Source: Prorocentrum cordatum (lineage: Eukaryota). Taken from it: DNA of 64,000 nucleotides. Where the stretch lies: positions 434,001 through 498,000 of the forward strand of contig CAUYUJ010000270.1 in NCBI GenBank assembly GCA_963575745.1, in the 5' to 3' direction. The notes under the pieces were generated by a model, which had not been told where the DNA came from, did not search any database, and saw only the letters and a program-made list of their open reading frames with translations. How positions within the stretch are numbered: the stretch's first letter is position 1; each line of letters starts with the position of its first letter. This document shows positions 45,950 to 58,360 of the stretch, one piece after another. The position numbers and the translations under genes are program-made.

Positions 45950-48440
45950 TAGCAGGGAAGATCGGGGAAGCGTCAGACTCGGGTACGGGGGACTCGGGTT
46001 CGCCTGACGGGGTGACGAGACCCAATCTGAAATTTGACGCGAGCTCCCGCTGCACACATCCCACGAAAGCTGGACTGTCAAAATCCAGGACGTGCTCGTC
46101 AAACAGCGTCGGCAAACCCCAGTTTCGGCGTACTCGAGTCTTACGTTTCCCCGAGAAAAGAACGGCGGGGTGGCGATCGCAACACACAGGACAACAGGAG
46201 CGGGCACGCGGAAGCGCGCCGGGCGGGAGGCCCAAAGAGGTGGGCAGCCGATGCAGGCCCAGGAAAAAGCAGCCAACACCAGGGGAGACCGTCGCAGTCG
46301 GCACCTCCACGAGGAGAGAAGATCGGCGCAGACAGGTGCAAGAAAGGAGGTCCCGCAGGGAGGGCGTCGCAGTCGGCAACTTTACGAGGCATGCGTCGCA
46401 CCAAAGGGGTGGCCCTGGCCGCCATAGGGAATGGGTGGTGGTCAGGAGGCCTTCCTTACACAACGAATAGCAAACATGAGAAAACGGCCGCCCAGCCATG
46501 GGGGGGGCACCAACCGCAAAATGCCGATCAGGGCGGCTTTGACCCGCCCGAGGCGGTGGCCCGTCCGAGGCGGTGGCCCGTTCGAGGCTGTTGCCAGGGA
46601 GGACGCTGGGGAGCGGAGGGCGAAACGGCGAGCGGGAGAGGAAAGCGCAGGAAAGGGTTTGGAATGTAGAGCACAAGGACACACCTGCGTTGCCAGCGGG
46701 CGAAGGGGACGGGCTCGGGGGACTTCCCTTGTAGCCGTGCGTCGACGGACATGCCAGAGTCGCGCGCGGTCTTCCTCAACTTGTCGTGGGCGTCCTGGAA
46801 GCTGTGGGGAAAATTATGCGCGCATCAATGGTTCCAAGTCGCTTTGCGGATGAGCCGGTCGGTGCTGTCGAAAACTGACCGGAAGATGGCCAGGCGCAGC
46901 AGGGCCACTCGTAATTCGCCGTTTCCAAAATCTTCCCACTGGTACACCCGGCACTTAGCAGCCGAAAGGTGTCGTAGTCCGCTGGGAGTTCCAAGGGGAA
47001 CCCAGAGAAAGGCTGTCAAATTCCGCATGGCAGCGGGAGTGGTCCAAGCATGCGGGCCAGGAAATAAGATAGTGACAACCTTCCGTTCGATCGTCTGCCA
47101 GGCCGCCGGCATGGGGTCCAGCTTGAGCAAGAACGACACAATGGTGAAAACGTAGATGCGATATGCGAGGATGGTCAAGGGCATGCCGCCCCCGACGTCT
47201 CTCCACACAAGAGGCTCGCAGCAAGAATTTCTCCGTAGCTTCTGTCCCAGTGCTCCACCCGTTCGGGGCCCACCAAGGATCCCAGATAAGTTGCGCAGCG
47301 CTGGACAGCGAAGTCGGCCCCACGAGGGAGCGGCGCAGGCGAGCCGATGGCGAACTTGAGGCAGACGGTCCAAAGACAAAGGGGGCCAAATACTTTTCCC
47401 TTGGTGAAAACTGAGACCCGAACTCTGACAACTCTCTTCGAACAATTGCTCTGCCGCGTTCTCCACCCCGCGGGGATGTGCAACCACCAATTCTTCCGCG
47501 CAGACACGAGGCGCAGATGTCGGGAGAAGGCGGGGAAGACGACGCAGAAGTACATTAGACAACACTGCGAAAAGGAATGGCGACAATGAAGATCTTGAGC
47601 GGACCCCAGCCGTAAGAGTGAAACCAAGGAGGACGCCCCCTGCGGCAATGATGGAGCAGCGGTTGTTTTGGTATATAGCGCCGTGACCAAACGAACACAC
47701 CATGGAGGCCATCCCCGGGACTCGACCGCATCCGGCAGGAAATCCTGGCACACACTTGGGAACGCCGCCTCGAAGTCGAAGAGAACGACTGCGGCATCAT
47801 CGTGCATGAGAGAATTGTGCAGCATCGCCACCTCCAAGTCATAGAGGTTAGAAAGCATCGATCTGCCCAGATGAAACCTCGCTGCGCTGCAGAGATGGCG
47901 CGTACGATACCAGGTCCGATGTAACAGCGCACGGCACTACAAATTCGTGATGTCGAGGAACCGCATCGTGGCTGTGAAGACGCTGGTGCCCTCCGCCGTG
48001 ATGACTACTGGTTCCTTTGGAAGGAAGACCGTGGAACTCTCGTAGAAAGCCTCCCAGTCCTGCGCCTACTGATCAAGCCCACCAGGGCAGACGATGGTCA
48101 GGAAGGCGCTACAAAGGACCCGGGCCACCATGAGGCCCAGCCGACAACTTGCCTTAAATGAATGCCGTCGGGCCCAGGAGAGCTGTCGCTGGTGTGTTGG
48201 ATGGCCCTCTCGAACTCGGAGTACAGTACCACGTCGCCCGGGACATATCTGGCGAGATCAAGGGGAACATGGCGAACCTCCTCTTCCAACCACGCCCGTC
48301 GGAGTGGCGCATTAGTATCGCGCTTGCGGAAGACCTTGGACCAGCGTTCGCGGAGAATATCGGCCGCGTGCTCGGGGGCAGAACTCACGTGACGCTGAGC
48401 GTTGCAGAGGGCATAGATCGTGCAGCAACACATGAAAAAT
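45950..48440 (-). pseudogene. 5'-truncated, heavily degenerate LINE (L1/Tx1-like) RT
   Basis: DSSPGPDGI, AQRGFI, LFDFEAAFPSV, AGVR..LSPFLF, CAEE (decayed YADD), SGLSFHQGKS. Confidence 0.85.
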
Positions 48441-50269
48441 GAAACAGCTACACAGATGAAGGCCAGCTTGTTTTAAAGTGGAGCTCGCCTGAGATTTCAT
48501 CAAAGTACCACCAGCAGTGTAACATCGCGCAACAGTTGCACGGATGGCGGGCGGCTCTCGCTTGTGGCTTCCCCAAATCTATCGGCCAGAAGCTTGAACA
48601 TATGTGGCAACAGCATCGGGACAAGGAGCGCTTCCCTTTCAAAATGGGGGCGGTTGAACATATAAAGCTTGAAGACGGAGTGCGGCTCCTTTTCAAAATG
48701 GGGTTCTCGCGTGAGACTTCCTCAGCGGACAAGACTTCTAAACGAGTGCAACAGCACACGGATCGGGGGCGGTTCCTTCTCAAAACGGGGCTCTCGTTCG
48801 ACACCTCATTGACGTTGTGACCATAAATCATCACATTCCCTCGCACTCGTTAGAGGAATGCAAGGCAGCTTCTTTTCAAAACGATGCGCTCGCCTAGTTG
48901 GTAGGCCCATCGGGGTCCTCGTCTTTCAAGGGTCGCTTGTTGTTGCAATGAGGGAGGATTGTGGGGACTTGCGAGGAACTTTGGAAGGGAGGGTGTATCC
49001 TCTTCATTCGTTTCATGCTCATCCTCCTCGCCTTCTTCCTCGACCCCTGCGGGACGGGAGCGCCGCGAATCCTCAAAGGACTTGGGCAGCGGCTTCCCGA
49101 ACTGCTCCTGGGCCCCACCCCCACACAGAGGGGGTCGGAGGAGAGAGAAAGAAGAGCTGGAAGAGAAAGGAGGTCGACGACGAGGATGACAAGGAGTCCT
49201 CCTCCTCCTCCTCCACCTCCTTCTCACTCGTTTGCTATGACGCCTCCTGCTGTTCGCGTTCTTCCCCCTCCTTCCCAGAGGAGGAAGAAGAGTGAGACGA
49301 TGAGGAACAGGAAGAGCGAAGAGGAGGAGGAGGAGTAGGACGAGGAGGAGGAGCAGGAAGATGATGAGGACGAGGAGTGAGGATAACAAGGGAGGCAGGG
49401 GGAGAGGGGGAGCCAGGAGGAGGAGGAGGAGGAGGAGAAGGAGGAGGAGGCGGAGGACGAGTGAGGCTCGGAGCCGCCTCTACGACTCCCACCATGGCAC
49501 GTCATTTCGCGCTGCAGCTCGAGCTCCTGCATGCGGGCCCTGTGCTTGGCCTCGTCGCGCTTCACTTCGAAGGCCTGACGCGGTTCCTCGAGCGCTTCAG
49601 ATGAGCCTCCCGCTCGCGCTCACGGCGGCGCGGTCGGCATCGGCCTCCTTCCCTCGACGCCTGGCAGCACTCGCAGAGGCGACTCCGTGACACGTCGACT
49701 GAAAGATGCCCATGACCTTGGAGGAGTAAATCGCGTCAGGGACTATCGACTCGATCCGTTCGATCGCAGCCCGAGCCATCTACCCGTCGGGCCCCTCCTC
49801 CCCACAATTCTGGAGGTTGGCCAACATGGCGCCAATACGACTACAACATGAAAGGCATCAATTGGAAGATACTAATTGCGGGAGGCGCGGGCGCGCGAGA
49901 TCCGAACCGGAGTCCCCTTTGCCCACGTCCCTGGTTGCAGTGGACAGCGCGAAAGCCACCGCATGGCGACCGCCTGGACCGTGGGCGGAAGTGCTGTTCT
50001 GCACTCGGTGAACCAATCCTGCCGACTCCTTGACGTTGTCGCCGTAGGAGGAGAAGAATCGGGCGGCGTCTTTGTGGATAAGTACATACGGTCCGATCCC
50101 TCCACTCAGACATTAGTGCCTTCTCATCGTAATGTTGGGCCCCGACCACCAGATGACTAGACGTGAGAGGTGTGTGAGTACATCGTGCAGGGGCGCCCGC
50201 AAGGTGGCCGCAAATGCTTGTTTAGGCGCATGCGCCCTCTCTAAACAGTCCTTCCACTCCTCCTACTGC

Positions 50270-50366
50270 TCTTCTTCCTCATCCTCCTCCTGCTGCTGCG
50301 CCTCCTCCTCCTCATCATCGTCATCATCAGCAGCAGCAAAATTGTTATTATCACCATCAGCATCAA

Positions 50367-50440
<74 letters not shown>

Positions 50441-50465
50441 ACATCATCATCATAATCATCATCGT
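50270..50465 (+). repeat. (CAT)n microsatellite
   Basis: Direct inspection. Confidence 0.95.
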
Positions 50466-50516
50466 CGGTCCGCCCCGTTATCCTCCTCCCCATCACCCAT
50501 ACCCCCTCCCCCTGGC

Positions 50517-50583
50517 CAAGATCTTGTACCACCTTCGGTCGGCGCGGAGCATGTCGTGCGACAAGATGACTTGCTTGACAAAC
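50517..50583 (-). CDS. Candidate exon B of host gene (FVKQVILSHDMLRADRRWYKIL)
   Basis: CCAG|G acceptor, TTG|GC donor, phase 2 to phase 0. Confidence 0.6.
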
Positions 50584-53500
50584 CTGGCCCGCCACTCCCG
50601 CTTTGCTCCCAGGTCACCATCCCTCTCCCTCAAACAGGCTGCGACAACGAAAACCTCCCCTACCCGAGAGTGCGCCAATGAGGTATTTCCCGAGTTTCGG
50701 AATGTGTGCCCACTTCGGGCTCCAGGACCGTCCGAAATCGATCCATCACGAAGAACTGGTCAGGATGAACCCCGGGAGGGGTCTGGGGCTTAATTTGAGT
50801 GGATATGGGCAACATCCTTCTCCACTCAGGACTCCACTCCCCCACCCTGCTCCTTCTCACTGTCCACCCGGCCCCCCCTTCCCTCCATCCAAGCTCCGTC
50901 TCTCTCCTCCCTATCCCATTCCCCCCTCCCCGCCCTGCCCCCCCGCGAGGTTAGTGGGGGAATGGGTTTAGCATGATCCCCCCTCTCCACGGAACCGTCC
51001 CGCCCATCCTCTATGCCTGCTTCCTCTTCTGTGCTCCCTGCCATCACGCACACGGTTCGCCCACACGTGCTGATAACTCGCGCGGCACGGTCCGATTGAT
51101 CCCACCGCCGACCCGCCCGGAAACGCACTCGAATACCTGCGCTGGACCGCTGCTGCCGTACACGCATTGACTGGACACACAGGTCACCCGAGCCAGCCCA
51201 GTCCGTGCTCGAGCTGGTCTCGTCAGATTCGAGACCAAGGGCAAGCAACAACGACAGAACGGACACCAACTCATGCGCTTGACACAGACGACCGAACGGC
51301 ACGGCATATAAAGAAACCTCGCCGACTTCAGCGGGACGGCGCAGGGGATAACAGGGGGCACCAGCAGGCGCTTATGGATGGCCCTCGTGAGCGCTGCCTG
51401 AGCCCAGGGGACCCTGCCAGCATCGGAAAGGCACGCCACGCGCGAAAGCCGACATCATAACTGGTCAGCACGGCTAAAAACGCGACATCACCTCTGGCTC
51501 GACATCAAAACCATCGGTACTCTCGGGGAGCTGCCACCCACGCCACGGCCACGCGACGATGACGCACCACCCGCAACCGCTGCTACCACGACCACCAGGT
51601 GCCACCAATACCTAATACCACGACTGTCACCGCAGCAACGAGCTCCAAACCTCCGACGAAGGCTCCCAAGAGCATTCGACCGCTTCCCACTGATCTGCCT
51701 GTCGTCGGGGGCCATTATCCGACGGGCCCCGGGCCTGCGGATGGCTCCCCGACGCCGAGAAGGGCGAACGAAAAGTTCGGCACGATTTTTTCTCGAGTCG
51801 CCAAGACGCCCGGGCTGACAGCCACCGCGGCCATTCATTCCGCTCGCCCCCCGTCCCTCCCCTTCTCTCCTTGCTGACGAGCACGGGCCAGAAGATGCGA
51901 TAGCCAGCTGCTTCTGGCGATGGTCATCGGGAAAAGAACACGATCAATCCCCTCGTTGCGCCCGCCGCCCCGCCCCGCGGGCCCAAAGTCCGCCACCGAT
52001 GGCCCCCGCCCACCCGCTCTTTTTACGAGGTCCATCAGCAACGCCGTGGCGCGCAAGGGCTACGCAGCCCGAGTAAGCTGTTGTCCCAAGATGGCTGACG
52101 TTGCCGCCCTTACACAGGCATGTGGCATTCGTCGCCCTAGGCATCATCGTGCACCTGAACACGTGCCTGCTGCTGCTGGTCAAACACGACCAGTGTAGCG
52201 GCCGTCGCCAGCACGAAAACGACGCCCGAGGCGCTCGCCTTGCTCCTCCTCGTCCCTTCCGTCTCTCGTCGCTGACGTCTTTGTGGGGACATCAACCGCG
52301 TCCGCATGTGGTCACGCCTCCAGCTCAAAATCGCTCCTGCTGCTGCTCATCAGCGCTACGGGCCGCCAGCCCATACGCAGCTGCTGCCGCAACCAGTTCG
52401 CCGGCGTGTACCCTGTACTCGTGCGCCGCCGCGCGAACCCCTTGTCTTTCGCGAAGATTCTGTAGGCCCAACTTCTGCTGCCGTGTGTGTGTGTGTGTGT
52501 GTGTTTGTTCCTGTTGGACGGCTTAATGTACAACTTCGCGGGCCGTCGCCGGACTATGCCCCAACTCTTTTGCAAGTTTCAGCGCCACCTCAACAGCCGC
52601 GCCATGACGTGTCATACGTATCTGTAGCTGCGAGTGCTGCTTCTCCTGCTGCGTTCCTCCTGCAATTCCTGGAGCCGCGAGGTAGGCGCAGGTGGCGGGC
52701 GATACGCCTCGGAAATCGGAAACGCCATGCCGTGACAGGCTTGGCGGCCCGCGTCTGCAAGCCAGGGGGAGGGCGGCCTGGTGACTCCTTGCGCATCGAC
52801 GCTCGTCGTGACGCCAGAGGCGTCGCCTACCTCGTGGAACCATCCTGAGGACAAGTGGAACTGAGCCAGTCGCAATCACGCTGGCTGTCCCACAAGAGGT
52901 GTCTCCTCCGCGAGCGGGATTTGACTTGCTGATCCCTTTCGCTGTGCAGTGGTAACCGAGGCCCAATGCAGCGCTCAGGGCAGCACGAGCGATCCGTTAC
53001 ACAGCGGAGCTGGAGATGATGGGCTGGTCGGCGCAGGAGCTGCGGAGGTGGACGATGGCGGGCATCTGTTGGCAACATCCTGTCCTTGTGAACATGCGGG
53101 TCCGTCGCCCTCAGGAGGCCGAGGCCCCCTGACGCATGGTACCATGGCAGCATCCAGCCTCTGTTTGGTGCAGGTTCATTGTCTCGCAGAGCGGTGCCCC
53201 TGCTCTCTTGATGGACCGACACCGCCCCCGACCGTTTCAAAACTCCTCTTTGCCCTGCGCAGTCTTCCTGCATGGCTGATGGCTCCCGTTGTTGTGCAGG
53301 CTCGTAATGCGCAGTGCAAGTTCCATCCTTGTCTTGCAGCACGTGTGTCCCTGCCCTCTTGATGGATCACCCCCGCCCCCGCCCGCTCTTGAGCGTCGGC
53401 ATCACGCGTCGCCTGCTCCAGGCGATATGTTTACTCCTTTTGCTGCCGTGGTCGCTCTCAGTGCGAGTCTGATGTGCAGTCGCAGCGCAATGCTGGGGCT

Positions 53501-54524
53501 CAGGTCTCCTCATTATGGGTCGCCCCCGCCATGCCTGCTCGCGTGCTTGTTTGGTGTCTGGCCTGCCACCTGGTCGGCGGTCCGCTGCATGTTTTGCAAG
53601 TTCGCGCTCTCCGCACCGTTCTTTCCGTGGCCGCTCAGCCCAAGGGACTCTAGAGTCTGTCTTCCAGTGCTTCAGTACGTGCGCTGGGACAGTGCACTCC
53701 ACCCTGGCCCCGTGTTTGATCCCCCACCTAAGGCCTGGGTTGGGGCCAGCCCGTCCGGTGTTCGAGCCTCCATCGCTTGAAGTGACACCGCGCTTTCTCA
53801 CCTACCATACTTGATTAGAGCTGGCGATCATGATGAGATATGCTCGATGCGCTGCGCGCCTGTCTCTCTGCGAGCATTGTGCTTCACAGCTTGATGCTTA
53901 TGCCACCGTCAAACGACGACCCCTCTCTCGGGGACCTTTGAAATTGGCACTAGCACCCATGTCGGCGGTCGCCTCCACCAAAGGATTTCAGTGTTCAGGG
54001 TCAAGTTCGGACCTGTGAGGTCGCCCGAGGATCAACACCAACACCAAAACCGAGGATCGTATCCCGTTCCCCAGGACCGTGTGCTCGATCCCGATTCTCT
54101 TTGAGGGTCGTAGTGCCCGATAACAGGCCCCCTGGAAGACTCTGAGAAGGCGGCCGTGGTGATATGTCCGTGATACCCACGGCCTGGCTCCTGGGGTCAA
54201 AATCGACCCCAAGGAGCCCACACACAATGTTTGCTGGCCTGGAAGAGGAGACGACGGGTGCGGAAAGCAATCACTTCGCGGTCGGGATTGTGCGTAGGTG
54301 CTAGCGTGACTCAGGGGTCTGGTTGGTCATTTATTCTTGTCCGCGCCGACGGTCCCCGATATAGTTGGCCTGGTTGGGGTGTGCATAATGTATAATCTGG
54401 GTTGGCAGTCGTAGTCTGCTGTATTCGGCGGTGTCTCGCTGTGCGGAGGTGGGTGGGCGTGGCGCGTGAGCGAGAGGGATGGGGGGGGACAGCTGCTCGC
54501 GATCGGTTCATAGCGGCGTTCCCA

Positions 54525-55080
54525 GAATCCCACCAGCCCTTTGGGCGTGAGTGGTTTAGAGAGCCCGCTCTGTTCTCAACCCCCTTCTTCCCCTTCGGGG
54601 AGGGGTTTACCCCTCCCCCTACCCCCTCCCCCTGGGCCTGGAGAGGGCGCCCCGCGGGTGGTTGGAGGGGTCTTTTTCGACTCCTGGGAGGGCTAAAAAA
54701 CGACACCCCTCACGAGGATTCTGGCCCCGACGGGGGGAGGCAGAAAAATGCTCCCCTCTTCTTTGAAGCCAGAATCATTGATTTTACTACGGTTTTGGCC
54801 CCATTTTGGCCTTCTGAGGGGGCAGCGCTAATTAAAGCTCCCCTCTTCTTTCAAGCCAAAATCATTGATTTTACTAAGGTTTTGGCCCCATTTTGGCCTT
54901 CTGAGGGGGCAGCGCTAATTAAAGCTCCCCTCTTCTTTGATCGATTTCCTCCAAGATGGCCCCAAGAAGCGCCCAGGAGGCACCAAGAGGCCCCAAGATG
55001 GCCCCAAGAGGCCCCCAGGAGGCCCCCAAGAGGATCCCAAACGGCCCAAAGAGGCCCCCCCGAGGCACCCAAGACGCCGA
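54525..55080 (+). repeat. Composite dispersed repeat with internal 87-bp direct duplication
   Basis: GCTCCCCTCTTCTTT at 54750, 54837 and 54924; homologous to 20590-21670. Confidence 0.85.
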
Positions 55081-55142
55081 AAAGCCCATCAGGACGACCC
55101 TCTACTCGCCTGGGCGTCGTTTCTGGACGGGCAGGAGGAGGG

Positions 55143-55330
55143 GCCCGAACGACTCACACCAGGACGAGGGGCCCGAACAACTCACACCACGAGAAGCCCG
55201 AACGACTCACACCAGGACGAAGAGCCCGAACGACTCACACCACGAAGAGCCCGAACGACTCACACCAGGAAGAAGGGCCCGAACGACTCACACCAGGACG
55301 AGAAGCCCGAACGACTCAAACCACGAGGAG
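55143..55330 (+). repeat. Minisatellite, 7 copies of 25-28 bp (GCCCGAACGACTCACACCA core)
   Basis: Direct inspection. Confidence 0.9.
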
Positions 55331-56924
55331 CGCTTTCTCTCCCTCCTCCTCCGCCTCGTCCTTCTCCCGCTCCCACCACAAGGAGGATGTACAAGGAGGC
55401 GGGAGGAAGGAGGAACAGGGGAGATATGCGGGGGCAGGCGGACACACGCCTGAAAAACACGACTGTCGGCATGCTTCGCAAGAGTTGCTGTTTTGAGATG
55501 GGCTGGTGGGGATACGCGAAGCGTGAAGAATTTGCTTGAGCGGGGTTCGAGCTTACCGTCAAGACGCTGAAACAAGGACCACTTCGGGTTCAGGAGGGGC
55601 GCTGGTTTTCCGGTCCTCAGATCCAGGTCGGGGAACCTGTTCGTGGCCGAGGCTCGCCGTGGCCAGAAACAAACCCGATTCGCCGTTCCTTCTGGTAGCG
55701 CGGTGACTGTAGAATCGAAAGGGGGCCCTTCTCCTGGAGCGCCCTCCGACCAAAATTCCGAGGCGGATCTAGAGCGGTGACGGCGGGAGCGCCTCGGGGA
55801 GGCCCCAAAGAAGCTCCCAAAAACGCACGAGTCTCTCGATCCTCGATCTTGGCCAACAACGACGACAACGACGACAACGACGACGACGACGACGACGAAC
55901 GACGACGACGACGACGACAACGACGACGACCGAGCGCGTCTTCCTCGCCCTGATTCGGCTGCCCTCCCCCCCAGAGGGGCGACCCTCAATTCCGAAATCC
56001 TCGAAAGCCTCGATCCTCGAAGCCTCGAGCCTCCATTCCGAAAGCACGGGTCCTCGACCTCCGACCTTCCAGTACATTATGCTCGCCCAGCATCGGCTGC
56101 CAGGTTGGGAGGCAACTCTGGGACATCTTTTTTCGGCCAGAAGCTCTTGATCGCATGGCGATCAAACCAGAGATGAGCGAAGGATTTCAGCATTGTTCAA
56201 CCGATCCCTATCCCACTGGCAGGGCCTTTAGCCCCACTTGCCGACTTACCCTCCTAGGTGGGGATACGTGCTGTTCCCTTCGAATTTCGCGGGACCTATC
56301 CCCACCTGGACGAGTGACCTGGTGGGGCTGAGATGCAATGGACGTGATCTGTTCGACGATGTTTAGGATTGAGCGGGACGACACCATATTTGGTTTCAAC
56401 ACAAGGAAATGCCAGGGCCGATTCTGAACTCCGACCTCCAGGAGTTGCAAACTGACCGGGTCGAGGCTCGCTTCAAGCTGGGCAATCCGAGCGAGAAAAT
56501 CCATCAGACCTCCTCCGACGACGACGTCGCCATCATCGTCGCCGTCTTGGAATGGTGCCCGAACGCTTCTTGCTATATTTGGCGCAGCTCGAGAAACTGT
56601 CCAGGATGGACCCTGGCAGAGGTCGGGGTACCCAATCTCAGCGGATTTCTGAAACCCAGGCACCTGGCGTCGCGAGGGATTAAACCCACCAAGCTCCCAT
56701 ACATCCTCGACCTTTCACTGTTGTTGCCATGCTGAACCTCCTGGGCACTCTCGCCGCCACTGCCGAAGTCCCCTCACACAATTCTGACTAGAACGCACCC
56801 CAAGGCACGACCTTGAGGCAGCGGCAATGAAGCTGCCCAGCCCTTCCTGAGGCTGGGCATCCTGAGGCCCGATTCGGGCCCCAGGGCCACGTGAAACAAA
56901 ACTCGACGCCAGCATACATCACCC

Positions 56925-57546
56925 CTACCTCCTCCTCCTCCTCCTCCTCCTACTCCTGCTCCTCCTCCTCCTCCTCCTCCTCCTACTCCTGCTCCTCCTC
57001 CTCCTCCTCCTCCTCCTCCTCCTGCTCCTCCTCCACCTCCTCCATTCCTCCCTTCCTCCAACCTCCCGCCTCCTCCTCCTCCTCCTCTGCCTCCTCCTCC
57101 TTCCGCACTCCTCCTCCTCCTCCACCTCCTCCTCCACCCTCCCTCCTCCAACATCCTCTCCTACCTCCTCCTCTCCTCCTTCCTTCGCTCCTCCTCCTCC
57201 TCCCCTCTCTCCTCCTCCTCCTCCTCCTCGTCCTTCTCATCCACCTCCTCCTCCTCCTCCTCTTCGTCCTCCTCCTCCTTCATCCTCCCCCTCCCCATCA
57301 GGAGGAGAGAAGGACGCGGGCCACTCTCCGCCCCCACCGCTCGGTCTGCTTCGACTTCTCGGCGATGAGCTTCACCGATTCGGAGTTGAAGACGCTCCTG
57401 CCGTCGCCAGCGGAGGTTCTGAACCACAAACTTCTCTGTTTCCTCCTCCTCCTCCTCCTCATCATCATCATCAAAACCACCACAACCGTCATCAGCATCA
57501 ACATCCTCATCAACATCCTCATCCCCATTACCATCCTGACCACCAC

Positions 57547-57614
<68 letters not shown>

Positions 57615-57652
57615 ACATCCTCATCAACATCCTCATCCCCATTACCATCCTG

Positions 57653-57691
<39 letters not shown>

Positions 57692-57790
57692 ATCAGCATC
57701 AGCAGCATCAGCATCAGCATCAAACGTCTGCATCAGCATCAGCATCACCGTCATCATCACAATCATCATGCGCCTCATCCTCCTCATCCT
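56925..57790 (+). repeat. (CCT)n and (CAT)n tracts flanking exon A
   Basis: Direct inspection. Confidence 0.9.
57338..57397 (-). CDS. Candidate exon A of host gene (SVFNSESVKLIAEKSKQTE)
   Basis: GGCAG|G acceptor, CG|GT donor, 60 nt, phase 2-2; unique island between microsatellites. Confidence 0.6.
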
Positions 57791-58094
57791 CATCCACTCC
57801 TTTCCCTTCATAAATAACTCCTTCCTACCGCAGCCCCAGGCCAGTCAGAAGGGCGCGCTGGGCGTTTCGCCTGACCTTCCTCACCATGTATGATCCTGAA
57901 GCTTAAGGCTTGCAGCAATTTCACAGGTAAACGTTTTTCCCTTCCCTTGTCACGGTCGTTGCCCGGGGGGGGCTCGCGTGGGAGGGCAACAATAACAGCG
58001 GCCACGGCGTGCACCCGCCAGGGTGCGTCCGCGCCACCGGCGCATCAATCGCCTGTGTGCTCGGCACGCGACAAGGCCCAAGGCCTGCGTTCAA

Positions 58095-58360
58095 CACAAC
58101 GCCGCCTGTGTACTCCACAATGCCTCCGTACACCACAACAGCCGCGTGCACCCCAGCACCACGTCGCCTATGTACACCGCAGTGTCTGTGTAAACTGCAG
58201 CAGCCGTGTGCGCAACAGCGCATGAGTACACCACATTGCCTGCGTGCACCAGAGCGCTTGTATACACCACAGCGCCTGTGTCACCACAGCAGCCATGTGC
58301 ACCGCAACGCCTGTGCACGCCACAGGGCTTCCATGCACCACAAGGCCTTTGTACACCAGA
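58095..58360 (+). repeat. Degenerate ~18-24 bp minisatellite (CACAGCGCCTGTGTACAC-like)
   Basis: Direct inspection. Confidence 0.7.

Noticed and set aside
51480..53800. Unique-looking region with many short ORFs (also 56050-56880)
   Set aside because: No domain motif recognised; may be decayed TE or pseudogene but unsupported
55143..55330. CRISPR array
   Set aside because: The 6-9 nt linkers are similar to each other; this is a minisatellite
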